Below are positions 9,526-18,298 of a DNA stretch of 64,000 bases, piece after piece. The DNA comes from Alphaproteobacteria bacterium (GTDB lineage Bacteria > Pseudomonadota > Alphaproteobacteria > MPNO01): positions 1,760,001-1,824,000 of the forward strand of contig OZ219866.1 in the NCBI GenBank assembly GCA_964291675.2. Reading direction: 5' to 3'. The notes beneath the pieces were generated by a model. It was not told where the DNA came from. It saw only the letters and a list, made by a program, of their open reading frames with translations, and did no database searches. Position 1 is the first letter of the stretch; each line of letters begins with the position of its first letter. A program made the position numbers and the translations under genes.

Positions 9526-10374
9526 ATGACGGGGGCTGAGGGCCGGGCGGCGCTGGATTGTTCGATCGTCGACGTGTTCGCCGAGCGCCCGCTCGCCGGC
9601 AACCAGCTGGCGGTGGTGCGCGGCTGCGCCCGTCTCGATCAGGCGGAAATGCAGGCCATAGCGCGGGAGATGAATTTCTCCGAGACGGCCTTCGTGGTCG
9701 ACGAGCGTCGCGGCGAGGCGAGCGTCCGAATCTTCACCACCGACCGGGAGCTGCCCTTCGCCGGGCACCCGACGCTCGGCACCGCTTGGGTGCTGGGGCG
9801 GGACCGGGACTCCTACGTCCTCGATCTCGCCGCCGGACGCGTCCGGGTCGCTTTCGGGGCCGGCGGCATCGTCTGGATGGAGCCGCCCGACGTGGCGTTG
9901 GGGAAGATCGTGGACCCCGGGCGGGTGGCGGCGCTGCTCGGCCTGGCGGCGGCCGATCTGGACGATCGCTACCCGTGCCGGTTCGCGACCGTGGGTCCGT
10001 GGTTCCTGCTGGCCGGGGTGAAGACGCTTGAGGCCCTGCGCCGGATCGCCGTCGATCCGGCGCTGTACCGGGAGCTCGCCGGCGGCGGTTGGCTCTCCCT
10101 GTTCGTCTTCTCCGAACAGCCCTACAACGAGGACGCGACCTGTTCGGCCCGCATGCTGACCTTCCATCACGGCGGGCTCCACGAGGACCCGGCGACAGGG
10201 AGCGCGAACGCGGCGTTCGCCGCCCATCTGCGCTCCCTCGGCGCAAGCGGGCGGGTCGTGGTGGAGCAGGGCTTCGAGATCGGCCGTCCCTCGCGGCTGT
10301 ATCTTGAGGTCGCCGATCCGATCCGGGTCGGCGGCAAGGTGCACCCGGTATTGACCGGGACGCTCGCATATTGA
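9526..10374 (+). CDS. PhzF family isomerase/epimerase
   Basis: [55 protein letters not shown]. Confidence 0.93.
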   Translation: MTGAEGRAALDCSIVDVFAERPLAGNQLAVVRGCARLDQAEMQAIAREMNFSETAFVVDERRGEASVRIFTTDRELPFAGHPTLGTAWVLGRDRDSYVLDLAAGRVRVAFGAGGIVWMEPPDVALGKIVDPGRVAALLGLAAADLDDRYPCRFATVGPWFLLAGVKTLEALRRIAVDPALYRELAGGGWLSLFVFSEQPYNEDATCSARMLTFHHGGLHEDPATGSANAAFAAHLRSLGASGRVVVEQGFEIGRPSRLYLEVADPIRVGGKVHPVLTGTLAY

Positions 10375-10455
10375 GCCGGCCGCTGACGGCGCAACGCAGG
10401 GCGGCTATGGTGAGGCGGACGCGGGGGTCGCTTGTCGGGGCGATGGGGTGAGGCG

Positions 10456-10941
10456 ATGAACGGGGCGGAGAGACGGGCTTTCGTTCGGGCGCATCGGACG
10501 GCGGTGTTCGGCTATGCCCGCAAGGCGGACGGCCCGTCGATGTCGGTCTGCTACTACGTGATGGACGGCGACGACATCCTAGTGTCGACCATGATCCGCC
10601 GCGCCAAGGCCAGGGCGGTCAAGCGGGATCCCAAGGTCTCGCTCTGCATCCTGGACGAGCAATGGCCGCCGACCTATCTGCTGGTCTACGGCAACGCCGC
10701 GATCGAGGAGCAGGGCGGCGACGACCTCTTGATCAGGATCTGCGAGCTGATGGCGGGCCAGGCGATGCCGGCGCGGGAGCGCGAGGATCTCCGCGGCCTG
10801 GCCGCCGAGGAGGGGCGGGTGGTCGTCCGCATCGAGCCCTATGCGACGTTCGAGACCCCGCCGCGCCACGTCCACGACCCGGACGACGTCAAGACCCTGA
10901 CCCACGGCTACGGCGCCAGCCTGCCGTGGGATGCCGACTAG
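10456..10941 (+). CDS. PPOX-class (split-barrel) probable F420/FMN-dependent oxidoreductase
   Basis: RKADGPSMS, KARAVKRDPKVSLCILDE.WP..YLLVYG, EGRVVVRIEP resemble TIGR03618-type proteins. Confidence 0.72.
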   Translation: MNGAERRAFVRAHRTAVFGYARKADGPSMSVCYYVMDGDDILVSTMIRRAKARAVKRDPKVSLCILDEQWPPTYLLVYGNAAIEEQGGDDLLIRICELMAGQAMPAREREDLRGLAAEEGRVVVRIEPYATFETPPRHVHDPDDVKTLTHGYGASLPWDAD

Positions 10942-12151
10942 CGCGGCGCCAATGGGCGGGGCGGGAAGGATCGTAGCGGCGGAGGAGCTCGTCGCGCGCG
11001 CCCGCGCCATGGTGCCCGCCCTGCGCGAACGCCAGCAACGCACCGAGGCCGAGCGCCGCGTCTCCGACGAGATATTCACCCGGATGATCGACGCGGAGCT
11101 CTATCGTCTGCTCCTGCCCGCGCGGTTCGGCGGCTTCGAGCACGGTCTCGACACCTATGTCGACGTCGCCTTCGAGATCGCCCGCGGTTGCGGCTCGACC
11201 GGCTGGGTGTACTCGGTGACCGCCAAGTACCACCTGTTCCTCGGCATGTTCGAAGAGCAGGCCCAGGACGAGGTCTGGGGCGGCGATCCGAACGCCGTGC
11301 TCGTGGTCTCCATCGCCCCCAACGGCACCGCGGTGCCGGTCGACGGCGGATACCGGCTGTCGGGCCACTGGATGTACTGCTCGGGCATCGACAACTCCGC
11401 CTGGACCGTCGTCGCCACCACCGTTCCCGACCCCGACGGCGGGGAGGGGGTGAAGGGCTATGCGCTGGCGCCGACGGCGGATTTCGGCATCGAGGACAAC
11501 TGGTCCGTCGTCGGCCTCGCCGGAACCGGGTCCAAGACGGCCTATAGCGACGGCCTGTTCGTCCCGGCGCACCGCTTCCTGCCGCTCGCCGATACCATGT
11601 CCGGCGATCCTCCCGGCGCGGCGGTCAATCCGGGGCCGATGTTCCGCATCCCCCTGTTCTCGATGATCTCGATCAGCCTGTGCGCGCCGATCCTCGGCAT
11701 GGCGCAGGGCGCGTATGAGGAATTCGTCGACGCGACGCGCGACCGCGTGACCCGCGGCGCCGCGCTGTCCAAGCCGGCGCCGATGGCGTCGCTCGCCAAC
11801 ATCCACATGAAGGTCGGCGAGGCGGCGGCCGCGATCGACGCCGCCCGCCTGCTCGTCGACCGCGACTGCAAGGCGCTGATGCGGACGGTATCGGCGGGCG
11901 AGGAGCTGACCGTCGAGGCGCGCGCCCGCAACAAGCGCAACCTCGCCTTCGCGGCCCGGCTGTCGACCCGGGCGGCGGATCTGATGTTCGAGGCCGGCGG
12001 CGGCGGCGGGCTGTTCACCTCGTCCCGGATCCAGCGCTACTGGCGGGACATCCACGCGGCCGCGATGCATATCAGCATGAACTTCGATGCGGTGTCGGCG
12101 CTCTACGGCCGGATCGCCCTCGGCCTGCCCCCGGGCCCCGCCCAGTTCTGA
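10931..12151 (+). CDS. Flavin-dependent monooxygenase, acyl-CoA dehydrogenase superfamily (HsaA/HpaB-like oxygenase)
   Basis: [54 protein letters not shown]; start may be 10952. Confidence 0.88.
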   Translation: MPTSAAPMGGAGRIVAAEELVARARAMVPALRERQQRTEAERRVSDEIFTRMIDAELYRLLLPARFGGFEHGLDTYVDVAFEIARGCGSTGWVYSVTAKYHLFLGMFEEQAQDEVWGGDPNAVLVVSIAPNGTAVPVDGGYRLSGHWMYCSGIDNSAWTVVATTVPDPDGGEGVKGYALAPTADFGIEDNWSVVGLAGTGSKTAYSDGLFVPAHRFLPLADTMSGDPPGAAVNPGPMFRIPLFSMISISLCAPILGMAQGAYEEFVDATRDRVTRGAALSKPAPMASLANIHMKVGEAAAAIDAARLLVDRDCKALMRTVSAGEELTVEARARNKRNLAFAARLSTRAADLMFEAGGGGGLFTSSRIQRYWRDIHAAAMHISMNFDAVSALYGRIALGLPPGPAQF

Positions 12152-12356
12152 GCGTCGCGGACCCCGCGCGGCGGCGCGGTCCACCGTCTTGAACCTCGGC
12201 GCCACCCTATGGGTGTTGCCTGTTCATCCAGGATCATGGGCGTGTCCGAAATCATGACGGATACGTCAGCCAAACTTATCGAAGTAATAAAAATACTATA
12301 TTTGAAGGACTTCTTGCCTCCTCCCACGTCAGCAAGACCACCAACAGGAGGCGAGA

Positions 12357-12611
12357 ATGCACAATTGGATAGCCGGGCTGCTGACGGTTGCCGCGATTTG
12401 CGCTGCATCCATCGCCGTCGCCCATCCGGTCTACTACGCGATGGCGACCGCCGAAACCAAGGCCGCCTCGATGTCGCTTCCGGCGAAGGCCTATACCGCG
12501 CTGGCGGGCGATGTCGACGCGGCGCGGGCCGAGGCTCTCGCGCAGTGCGGGAAAGCGATGAACCGCGATTGTGTCGTCATCGGCACCGGTGCGGTAGCGC
12601 ACGACCACTAG
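12357..12611 (+). CDS. Small secreted protein, DUF4189-like C-terminal motif
   Basis: AGGAGG RBS; signal peptide ending AVA; AARAEALAQC...DCVVI Cys pair. Confidence 0.7.
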   Translation: MHNWIAGLLTVAAICAASIAVAHPVYYAMATAETKAASMSLPAKAYTALAGDVDAARAEALAQCGKAMNRDCVVIGTGAVAHDH

Positions 12612-12634
12612 CCCCCTTTCGGCGGCGAGGACCG

Positions 12635-12664
12635 CCGGGACCCGCGGGACGATGCGGGTTCCGG
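12635..12664. terminator. GC hairpin between convergent genes
   Basis: CCGGGACCCGC-N8-GCGGGTTCCGG stem; no clear U tract. Confidence 0.35.
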
Positions 12665-12671
12665 CGCCGGT

Positions 12672-14282
12672 TCAGTCGAACACCGTATCGTCGTAATGGG
12701 CCGGGTCCACGAAGGCCTCGATCACGCGCGGCTCGCCGCACGCCAGCGCTTCCTCCAGCGCGTCGCCCAGCGCTTCCGGGGTGTGCGCGCCCACCGCCTT
12801 CACGCCAAAGTAATGTTCGGGGGTCGATCCCGCCTCCAGCCCCGACGCGGTGCCCAGCGCGGTCCCGACATGGGCGTATTGGCGGCGCATCTGCTTGACC
12901 TTGATCAGGCCGAGCCAGCCGTCGTTGAGCACCACGACCGGGATCGCGAGGCCCATCCGCCGGGCCACCGCCAGCTCGCCGCAGGTCATCTGGAAGCAGC
13001 CGTCGCCGATCAGGCAGACCGTCGGGCGCTGCGGCTCGGCCAGCTTGGCGGCGATCGCCGCGGGCAGCCCGAAGCCCATCGACGACCAGCCATTGGTGAT
13101 CAGGAAGCTGCGCTGCTCATGCGCGGTCCACTGGCTCGCGATCTGGTGGGTGTGGGCGCCCACGTCGAATGACAGGATCCCGTCGGCCGGCAACGCCCGG
13201 CGGACGACGTCGATCGCCCGATGCGGCGCGAAGCCCGGCGCGTCGGGCCGGAGCGACGCCTGGAACGCGTCCCGGTGAGCGGCGATTTCGGCCATCGTCC
13301 AGGCATTCGACGCGGGCTCGGCCCCGACGAGCCCCTCCAGGATCGCATCGAGGCCGCCGACCGTCTGGTGGACGATATCGACCGATCCGTCGGTATCCGC
13401 CGCCTCGATGTCGACATGGAGCAGCGGCGTCGCGCCGATCCAGGCCTCGTACTCGACTTCTATCGGGTCGTAGCCCAGCCCGACGATGAGGTCGGCACCG
13501 GCGAGGAAGCGCCGCTGGACCTGGCGGCGGGCCCTCTCGATGCAGCCGATGGCGAGCGGATGGTCCTCGTCGATCAGCCCCTTGGCCATCGTCGTCGAGG
13601 CGAAGGGAAGACCGTGCCGCTCCACGAAATCGCGCAGAAGCCCGGGCTTGGCGAGCCGCATCGCGCTGGTCCCGATCACCGCGACCGGGCGTTTCGCCCG
13701 GGCGATGCGCGCCGCCGCCGCGGCGACCGATTCCGCCGTCGGGGGGTCGGGCGCGGGGACGTCGCCGAGCGCCGGAACCCCTTCTTCCGCCGAGGCCAGC
13801 GCCACATCCTCCGGCAGGTCGAGATGGACGGGACCCTGCGGCTCGGTCAGCGCGATACGGATCGCCGCCGCCACGGTCTCGCCGATGCGTCCCGGGCGCA
13901 GCGCGAGGCTCGCCTTGGCGATCGGCCGGAACAGGGCGTGGTGGTCGATCAGCATCTGGATGCGCCGGCCGAGCTGGTCGCGGTCGAGGTTGCAGGTGAT
14001 GGCGATCATCGGCGACCGGTCGAGGAACGCATCGCCCACGCCGGTCGCGAGATTGGTGGCGCCCGGTCCGAGCGTCGCGATGCCGAGACCCGGCCGGCCG
14101 GTCAGGCGGCCCATGACGTCGGCGGCGAACCCGGCCGAGCCTTCATGCGCGGTGAGCACGAACTCGATCCCGCCCTGCCGCATCGCCTCGATCAGCGGCA
14201 GCACGTTGCCGCTCGGGATGCCGAATCCGTGGCCGATCCCGGCGGCTTTCAGCGTGGCGACGATGAGCTCGGCGTTGTTCAC
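12672..14282 (-). CDS. Thiamine diphosphate-dependent enzyme (acetolactate synthase large subunit-like family)
   Basis: FGIPSG, TAHEGSAGFAA, TLGPGATN, GPVHLDLPED, SSMGFGLPAAIAA, GDGCFQM...VLNDG ThDP motif; GTG start at 14282. Confidence 0.9.
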   Translation of the reverse strand: MNNAELIVATLKAAGIGHGFGIPSGNVLPLIEAMRQGGIEFVLTAHEGSAGFAADVMGRLTGRPGLGIATLGPGATNLATGVGDAFLDRSPMIAITCNLDRDQLGRRIQMLIDHHALFRPIAKASLALRPGRIGETVAAAIRIALTEPQGPVHLDLPEDVALASAEEGVPALGDVPAPDPPTAESVAAAAARIARAKRPVAVIGTSAMRLAKPGLLRDFVERHGLPFASTTMAKGLIDEDHPLAIGCIERARRQVQRRFLAGADLIVGLGYDPIEVEYEAWIGATPLLHVDIEAADTDGSVDIVHQTVGGLDAILEGLVGAEPASNAWTMAEIAAHRDAFQASLRPDAPGFAPHRAIDVVRRALPADGILSFDVGAHTHQIASQWTAHEQRSFLITNGWSSMGFGLPAAIAAKLAEPQRPTVCLIGDGCFQMTCGELAVARRMGLAIPVVVLNDGWLGLIKVKQMRRQYAHVGTALGTASGLEAGSTPEHYFGVKAVGAHTPEALGDALEEALACGEPRVIEAFVDPAHYDDTVFD

Positions 14283-14352
14283 GCCCGCGACCTTGGCCGA
14301 GCCGGCGATCTCTGGCAAGGTCCGGCCGGTCGCGGGAGAACGGGCGGGGGAG

Positions 14353-15378
14353 ATGACGGAGCCTCGGATCAAGACCACGCTGGTCGGCTCGTACCCCTGG
14401 CCGGAATGGCTGCACGCCCATCCGACGGCCGAGGCGATCGACGATGCGACGCGGATGGTGATCCAGCTACAGGAGAAGGCCGGCATCGACGTGGTCTGCG
14501 AGGGCGAGTTCGTCCGATTCGACCCGAACCACCCGGAGACCAACGGCATGATCGAGTATTTCGTCCACCCGATGGGGGGCGTGCGGGCGAAGCTGGCGTT
14601 CGAGGAGATCGTCGCCTTCGAGGCGCAGCCGACGATGGGGTTCAGGACGCGGCCGGCGGCGGTCGCCGAGGGTCCGATCACCAGCGGCACGCTCAACCTC
14701 GCCGCGCCCTGCCGCCGGGCCAGGGCGCTGGCCGCGAAGCCGCTCAAATTCGCCCTGACCGGACCGCACATGCTGGCCAAGACCCTGGTCGACCGCCACT
14801 ACGGCGACCGGGTGGCGCTCGCCGAGGCCATCGCGCGGGTGCTGGCCGAGCAGGTCGCCCGCCTCGACGCCGATATCGTCCAGATCGACGAGGCCAACCT
14901 GCCCGGCGCGCCCGAGGAGTGGGAGTGGGCGGCGCGGGTGATGAACATCGTCCTCGACGCGGTGCCGACGAGGCCCGCGGTCCATCTCTGCTTCGGCAAT
15001 TACGGCGGCCAGGTGTCGCAGAAGGGCGCGCATTGGGAGCCGCTGATCGCCTATCTCAACGCGCTCCACGCCGACCACGTGGTGTGCGAGAACGCCCACC
15101 GGCCGGCGGACGAGCTGGTCCATTTCCGCGCGCTGCGCCCGGAGATCGGCATGGGGCTCGGGGTGGTCGACGTCAAGGCCACCGAGATCGAGAGCGCGGA
15201 CACCGTGGCGCGGCGGATCGACCGCGCCGCGAACGTCCTCGGCGCCGACCGGATCCGCTACGTCCATCCCGATTGCGGGTTGTGGAACCTGCGCCGCTTC
15301 ATGGCCGACGGCAAGATCGCCGCGATCGTCGCCGGGCGCGACCTCTATGAGGGCCGGCGGGCGTCCGAGGTCGCCTGA
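14353..15378 (+). CDS. Cobalamin-independent methionine synthase II family (single-barrel MetE-like Zn enzyme)
   Basis: TTLVGSYPWP, VCEGE, VQIDE, HLCFGN (HxC), PDCGL; about 341 aa, C-terminal barrel only. Confidence 0.88.
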   Translation: MTEPRIKTTLVGSYPWPEWLHAHPTAEAIDDATRMVIQLQEKAGIDVVCEGEFVRFDPNHPETNGMIEYFVHPMGGVRAKLAFEEIVAFEAQPTMGFRTRPAAVAEGPITSGTLNLAAPCRRARALAAKPLKFALTGPHMLAKTLVDRHYGDRVALAEAIARVLAEQVARLDADIVQIDEANLPGAPEEWEWAARVMNIVLDAVPTRPAVHLCFGNYGGQVSQKGAHWEPLIAYLNALHADHVVCENAHRPADELVHFRALRPEIGMGLGVVDVKATEIESADTVARRIDRAANVLGADRIRYVHPDCGLWNLRRFMADGKIAAIVAGRDLYEGRRASEVA

Positions 15379-15390
15379 AAGGGGGGAACC

Positions 15391-16512
15391 ATGGCAAGCA
15401 TGAGCGGCGTCCGCGAGGTCGCCCATATCGACTGCGCCGGGGGCGGCCAGGTCAGGGTGGACGGCAGCACCGCCTATGTCGGCCACATGGCGGCGCCTTT
15501 CGGAACCTCGATCTTCGACGTGTCCGATCCCGCCTCCCCCCGCCTGCTGGCCGAGATCGGCATGCCGCCCGGCAGCCATTCGCACAAGGTGCGCGCTTGC
15601 GACGGGCTGATGGTGGTCAACCACGAGCGCATCGGCGGGCCGCAGACCGAGGGCTTCGTGGGCGGGCTCGGCATCTACGACGTGGAGGACCCGGCCAGGC
15701 CGCGCCGCATCGCGAACTGGGAGACCTGGGGGAAGGGCGTCCATCGCTTCGATTTCGACGGGCGCTTCGCCTACATCTCGCCGACGGTCGAGGGCTATGT
15801 CGGCAACATCATGATGATCCTCGACCTCGACGACCCCGAGAGGCCGGAGGAGGTCGGGCGCTGGTGGATCCCCGGCCAGTGGGAGGCCGGCGGCGAGGAC
15901 TACCCGTGGGACGACGGGCCCGCCCCGCGCTGCCACCACCCGTTGCGGCTGGGCGACCGGCTGTATACCAGCTACTGGCATCACGGAGTGTTCATCCTCG
16001 GCATCGAGGACATGGCGAGCCCGCGGACGATCTCCGAATACCGGATCAGCCCGGCCTATGCGCACCCGCAGCACACCGCCCTTCCGATCCCGTTCCCGGT
16101 GCAGGGCAAGCGGCTGATGGTGGTCGCCGACGAGGACGTCGCCAAGCTCCGGCCGAGCGCGCCGGCGATCGCCTGGGTGTTCGACGTCACCGACGAGGAG
16201 CGGCCGATCCCGATCTCGACCTTCCAGGTCGACGGTGTCGATCCCGACGGCGCACCGCAGATGCCCATGACCGGCTGCCACCAGCCATCCGAGGTGGTGA
16301 CCGGCACCGAGATCCCGTTCGCCTGGTTCGCCCAGGGGCTGCGGGTGGTCGACATCGCCGACCCGCGCAGGCCGGTCGAGGTCGCCCATTTCCTGCCCGA
16401 CCCGCCGGCCGGCGCCGACCGGGTCTGCGCCAACGACGTGACCGTCGACGATCGCGGCCTGATCTACCTGGTCGACCGGGTTCGCGGCGTCCACATCCTC
16501 GAACGGGTCTGA
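15391..16512 (+). CDS. LVIVD-repeat beta-propeller protein
   Basis: Repeated IFDVSDPASP, IYDVEDPARP, ILDLDDPERP, VFDVTDEERP, VVDIADPRRP blades; ends NDVTVDDRGLIYLVDR..G..ILE. Confidence 0.85.
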   Translation: MASMSGVREVAHIDCAGGGQVRVDGSTAYVGHMAAPFGTSIFDVSDPASPRLLAEIGMPPGSHSHKVRACDGLMVVNHERIGGPQTEGFVGGLGIYDVEDPARPRRIANWETWGKGVHRFDFDGRFAYISPTVEGYVGNIMMILDLDDPERPEEVGRWWIPGQWEAGGEDYPWDDGPAPRCHHPLRLGDRLYTSYWHHGVFILGIEDMASPRTISEYRISPAYAHPQHTALPIPFPVQGKRLMVVADEDVAKLRPSAPAIAWVFDVTDEERPIPISTFQVDGVDPDGAPQMPMTGCHQPSEVVTGTEIPFAWFAQGLRVVDIADPRRPVEVAHFLPDPPAGADRVCANDVTVDDRGLIYLVDRVRGVHILERV

Positions 16513-16653
16513 GTCCGCCAGGCGACGGAAAACAACCCCGTCCGGCGTGAAGTCTGTGAGCGCGGCCCGGTTCGGGCTATTGTCTTGTTCTCAAAGAGTC
16601 TTAGTTTTCTGCGGCGCACGGGCGGGTTGCGGACAGCATGGATCGGACGCGCG

Positions 16654-18276
16654 ATGGGTATGGGTGACGGCGAGGCCTCGGTCGGGCGCCGCGCGCGGGC
16701 GCGCTGCCTGCCTTGCGCGGCATTGGTCCTGGCCGCGCTGGCCGTCCCGGTTTCCGCGCAGGACAAGCCGCCGCCGCTCTCCGGGCGGGCCCAGGCGGCG
16801 GACGCCAACAACAACGGCGTGATCGACCGCGACGAGGCGCGCGGCCCGCTTGCCGCGAATTTCGCGGCGATGGACTGCGACAAGAGCAATTCGCTCGACG
16901 GCAACGAGATCCGCGCCTTCTTCACCGGCGCCGGCTGCCGGTCGCTCGCCGCCGCGCCGCCGGGCGGTCCCGCAACCGCCAAGGCCAGGCCGCCGCCGCT
17001 TCAGCCGCGCGCCAAGACGCTGGATGCAAACGACAACGGCGTCATCGACCGCGACGAGGCGCGCGGCCCTCTCGAAGAGAATTTCGCGGCGATGGACTGC
17101 GACAAGAGCAATTCGCTCGACGCCAACGAGATCCGCGCCCACTTCACCGGCGGCGGCTGCAAGTCGGTCGCCGCGGCGGCGACATCGGCGCCGGCCGCCG
17201 CCGCCCCTGCGCCCAACCGCCGCCCGCCCGCCGGCGGGCGGCCGCCGGCGATGGTCACGCTCGACAGCGTGATCGCCGAGCCGGGCGCGCGGACGGTCCC
17301 GGTCATCGGCCGGCTGGTCGCGCGCCAGTCCGGCGTGGTCGCCAGCCAGGTGCGCGGCGCGGTGATCGAGATGCGGGTCGATGTCGGCGACCGGGTCGAG
17401 CGCGGCCAGATCGTCGCCGTGCTCGCCGCCGGGCGCATGCAGACCGCCCGCGACCGGGCGGCCGCTTCGGTGGCGCGCTTCCGCGGTCTGGTGGCCGCCG
17501 CGGAGGCGGAATACCGGAAGAAGCGCGGCGAGCTGCGGCGGCTCGACCGCCTGCGCAAGTCGGCCGCGTTCTCGCGGGCGCGCTACGAAGATTTGGAGCG
17601 CGACGTGCAGGCGCGCAGCGGCGCGCTGGCGGATCGCCGCGGCCAGCTTCAGGAGGCGCAGGCGCAGCTTCGCCAGGCCGAGCTCGACCTCGCCGATACC
17701 CGCATCGAGGCGCCGTTCCCCGGGGTGGTCACCCAGAAACACATCGACATCGGCACCTATCTCAATGTCGGGGCGCGGGTGGTCAGCATCCTCAACGACA
17801 CCGATCTGGAGGCCGAGGCCGAGGTGCCCTCCGGCCGGCTGCGAGGGCTTTCGGTGGGCGCGCTGGTCACGCTTACCCTCGACGACGGCTCGCGCCACCA
17901 GGCGACGGTCCGCGCCATCGTCCCGATCGAGAACGTGAGGACGCGCACCCGCCCGGTGCGCTTCACCGCCGATTTCGGCAAGACCGGGATGCGGCTCGCG
18001 GCCGACCAGAGCGTGACCGTGCTGATCCCGGTCGGCGGGCGCGGCCAGGTCGCCACCGTGCACAAGGACGCGGTGGTGCGCAGCGGCAGCGACGCCTTCG
18101 TGTTCGTGGTGGAGGACAACCTCGCGCGGCGGGTCAAGGTCCGTCTCGGCGACGGGCTCGGCCCGCGCTTCGTCGTGCTCGACGGCGTGAAGCCGGGGCA
18201 GGAGGTCGTGGTCCGTGGCAACGAGACCCTCGGCCGCGGCGGCCCGGTGCGCATCCGCGGCGCGACCGGGAGCTGA
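16654..18276 (+). CDS. RND efflux periplasmic adaptor (MFP) with N-terminal duplicated EF-hand module
   Basis: Signal peptide (…AVPVSA/QD); four EF-loops; VDVGDRVERGQ lipoyl motif, coiled coil, IEAPFPGVV, RTRTRPVR, GVKPGQEVVVRG. Confidence 0.88.
   Translation: MGMGDGEASVGRRARARCLPCAALVLAALAVPVSAQDKPPPLSGRAQAADANNNGVIDRDEARGPLAANFAAMDCDKSNSLDGNEIRAFFTGAGCRSLAAAPPGGPATAKARPPPLQPRAKTLDANDNGVIDRDEARGPLEENFAAMDCDKSNSLDANEIRAHFTGGGCKSVAAAATSAPAAAAPAPNRRPPAGGRPPAMVTLDSVIAEPGARTVPVIGRLVARQSGVVASQVRGAVIEMRVDVGDRVERGQIVAVLAAGRMQTARDRAAASVARFRGLVAAAEAEYRKKRGELRRLDRLRKSAAFSRARYEDLERDVQARSGALADRRGQLQEAQAQLRQAELDLADTRIEAPFPGVVTQKHIDIGTYLNVGARVVSILNDTDLEAEAEVPSGRLRGLSVGALVTLTLDDGSRHQATVRAIVPIENVRTRTRPVRFTADFGKTGMRLAADQSVTVLIPVGGRGQVATVHKDAVVRSGSDAFVFVVEDNLARRVKVRLGDGLGPRFVVLDGVKPGQEVVVRGNETLGRGGPVRIRGATGS
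16768..17160 (+). repeat. Intragenic tandem duplication with a 222 bp period, encoding two EF-hand pairs
   Basis: 16801-16938 matches 17023-17160, including a 43 bp identical block AATTTCGCGGCGATGGACTGCGACAAGAGCAATTCGCTCGACG. Confidence 0.92.
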
Positions 18277-18298
18277 CGGCCGTGACGGTGGCTCCGCC

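Noticed and set aside
9526-10374. Phenazine biosynthesis
   Set aside because: Isolated PhzF-family gene with no other phz genes
12209-12898. 229-aa plus-strand ORF and 110-aa minus-strand ORF over the AT-rich region
   Set aside because: No RBS or motifs; they overlap the better-supported 12357..12611 gene
16801-17160. Lanmodulin identity, or CRISPR-like repeat
   Set aside because: EF loops lack the D-P-D pattern; the repeat is two in-frame coding copies with no spacer array
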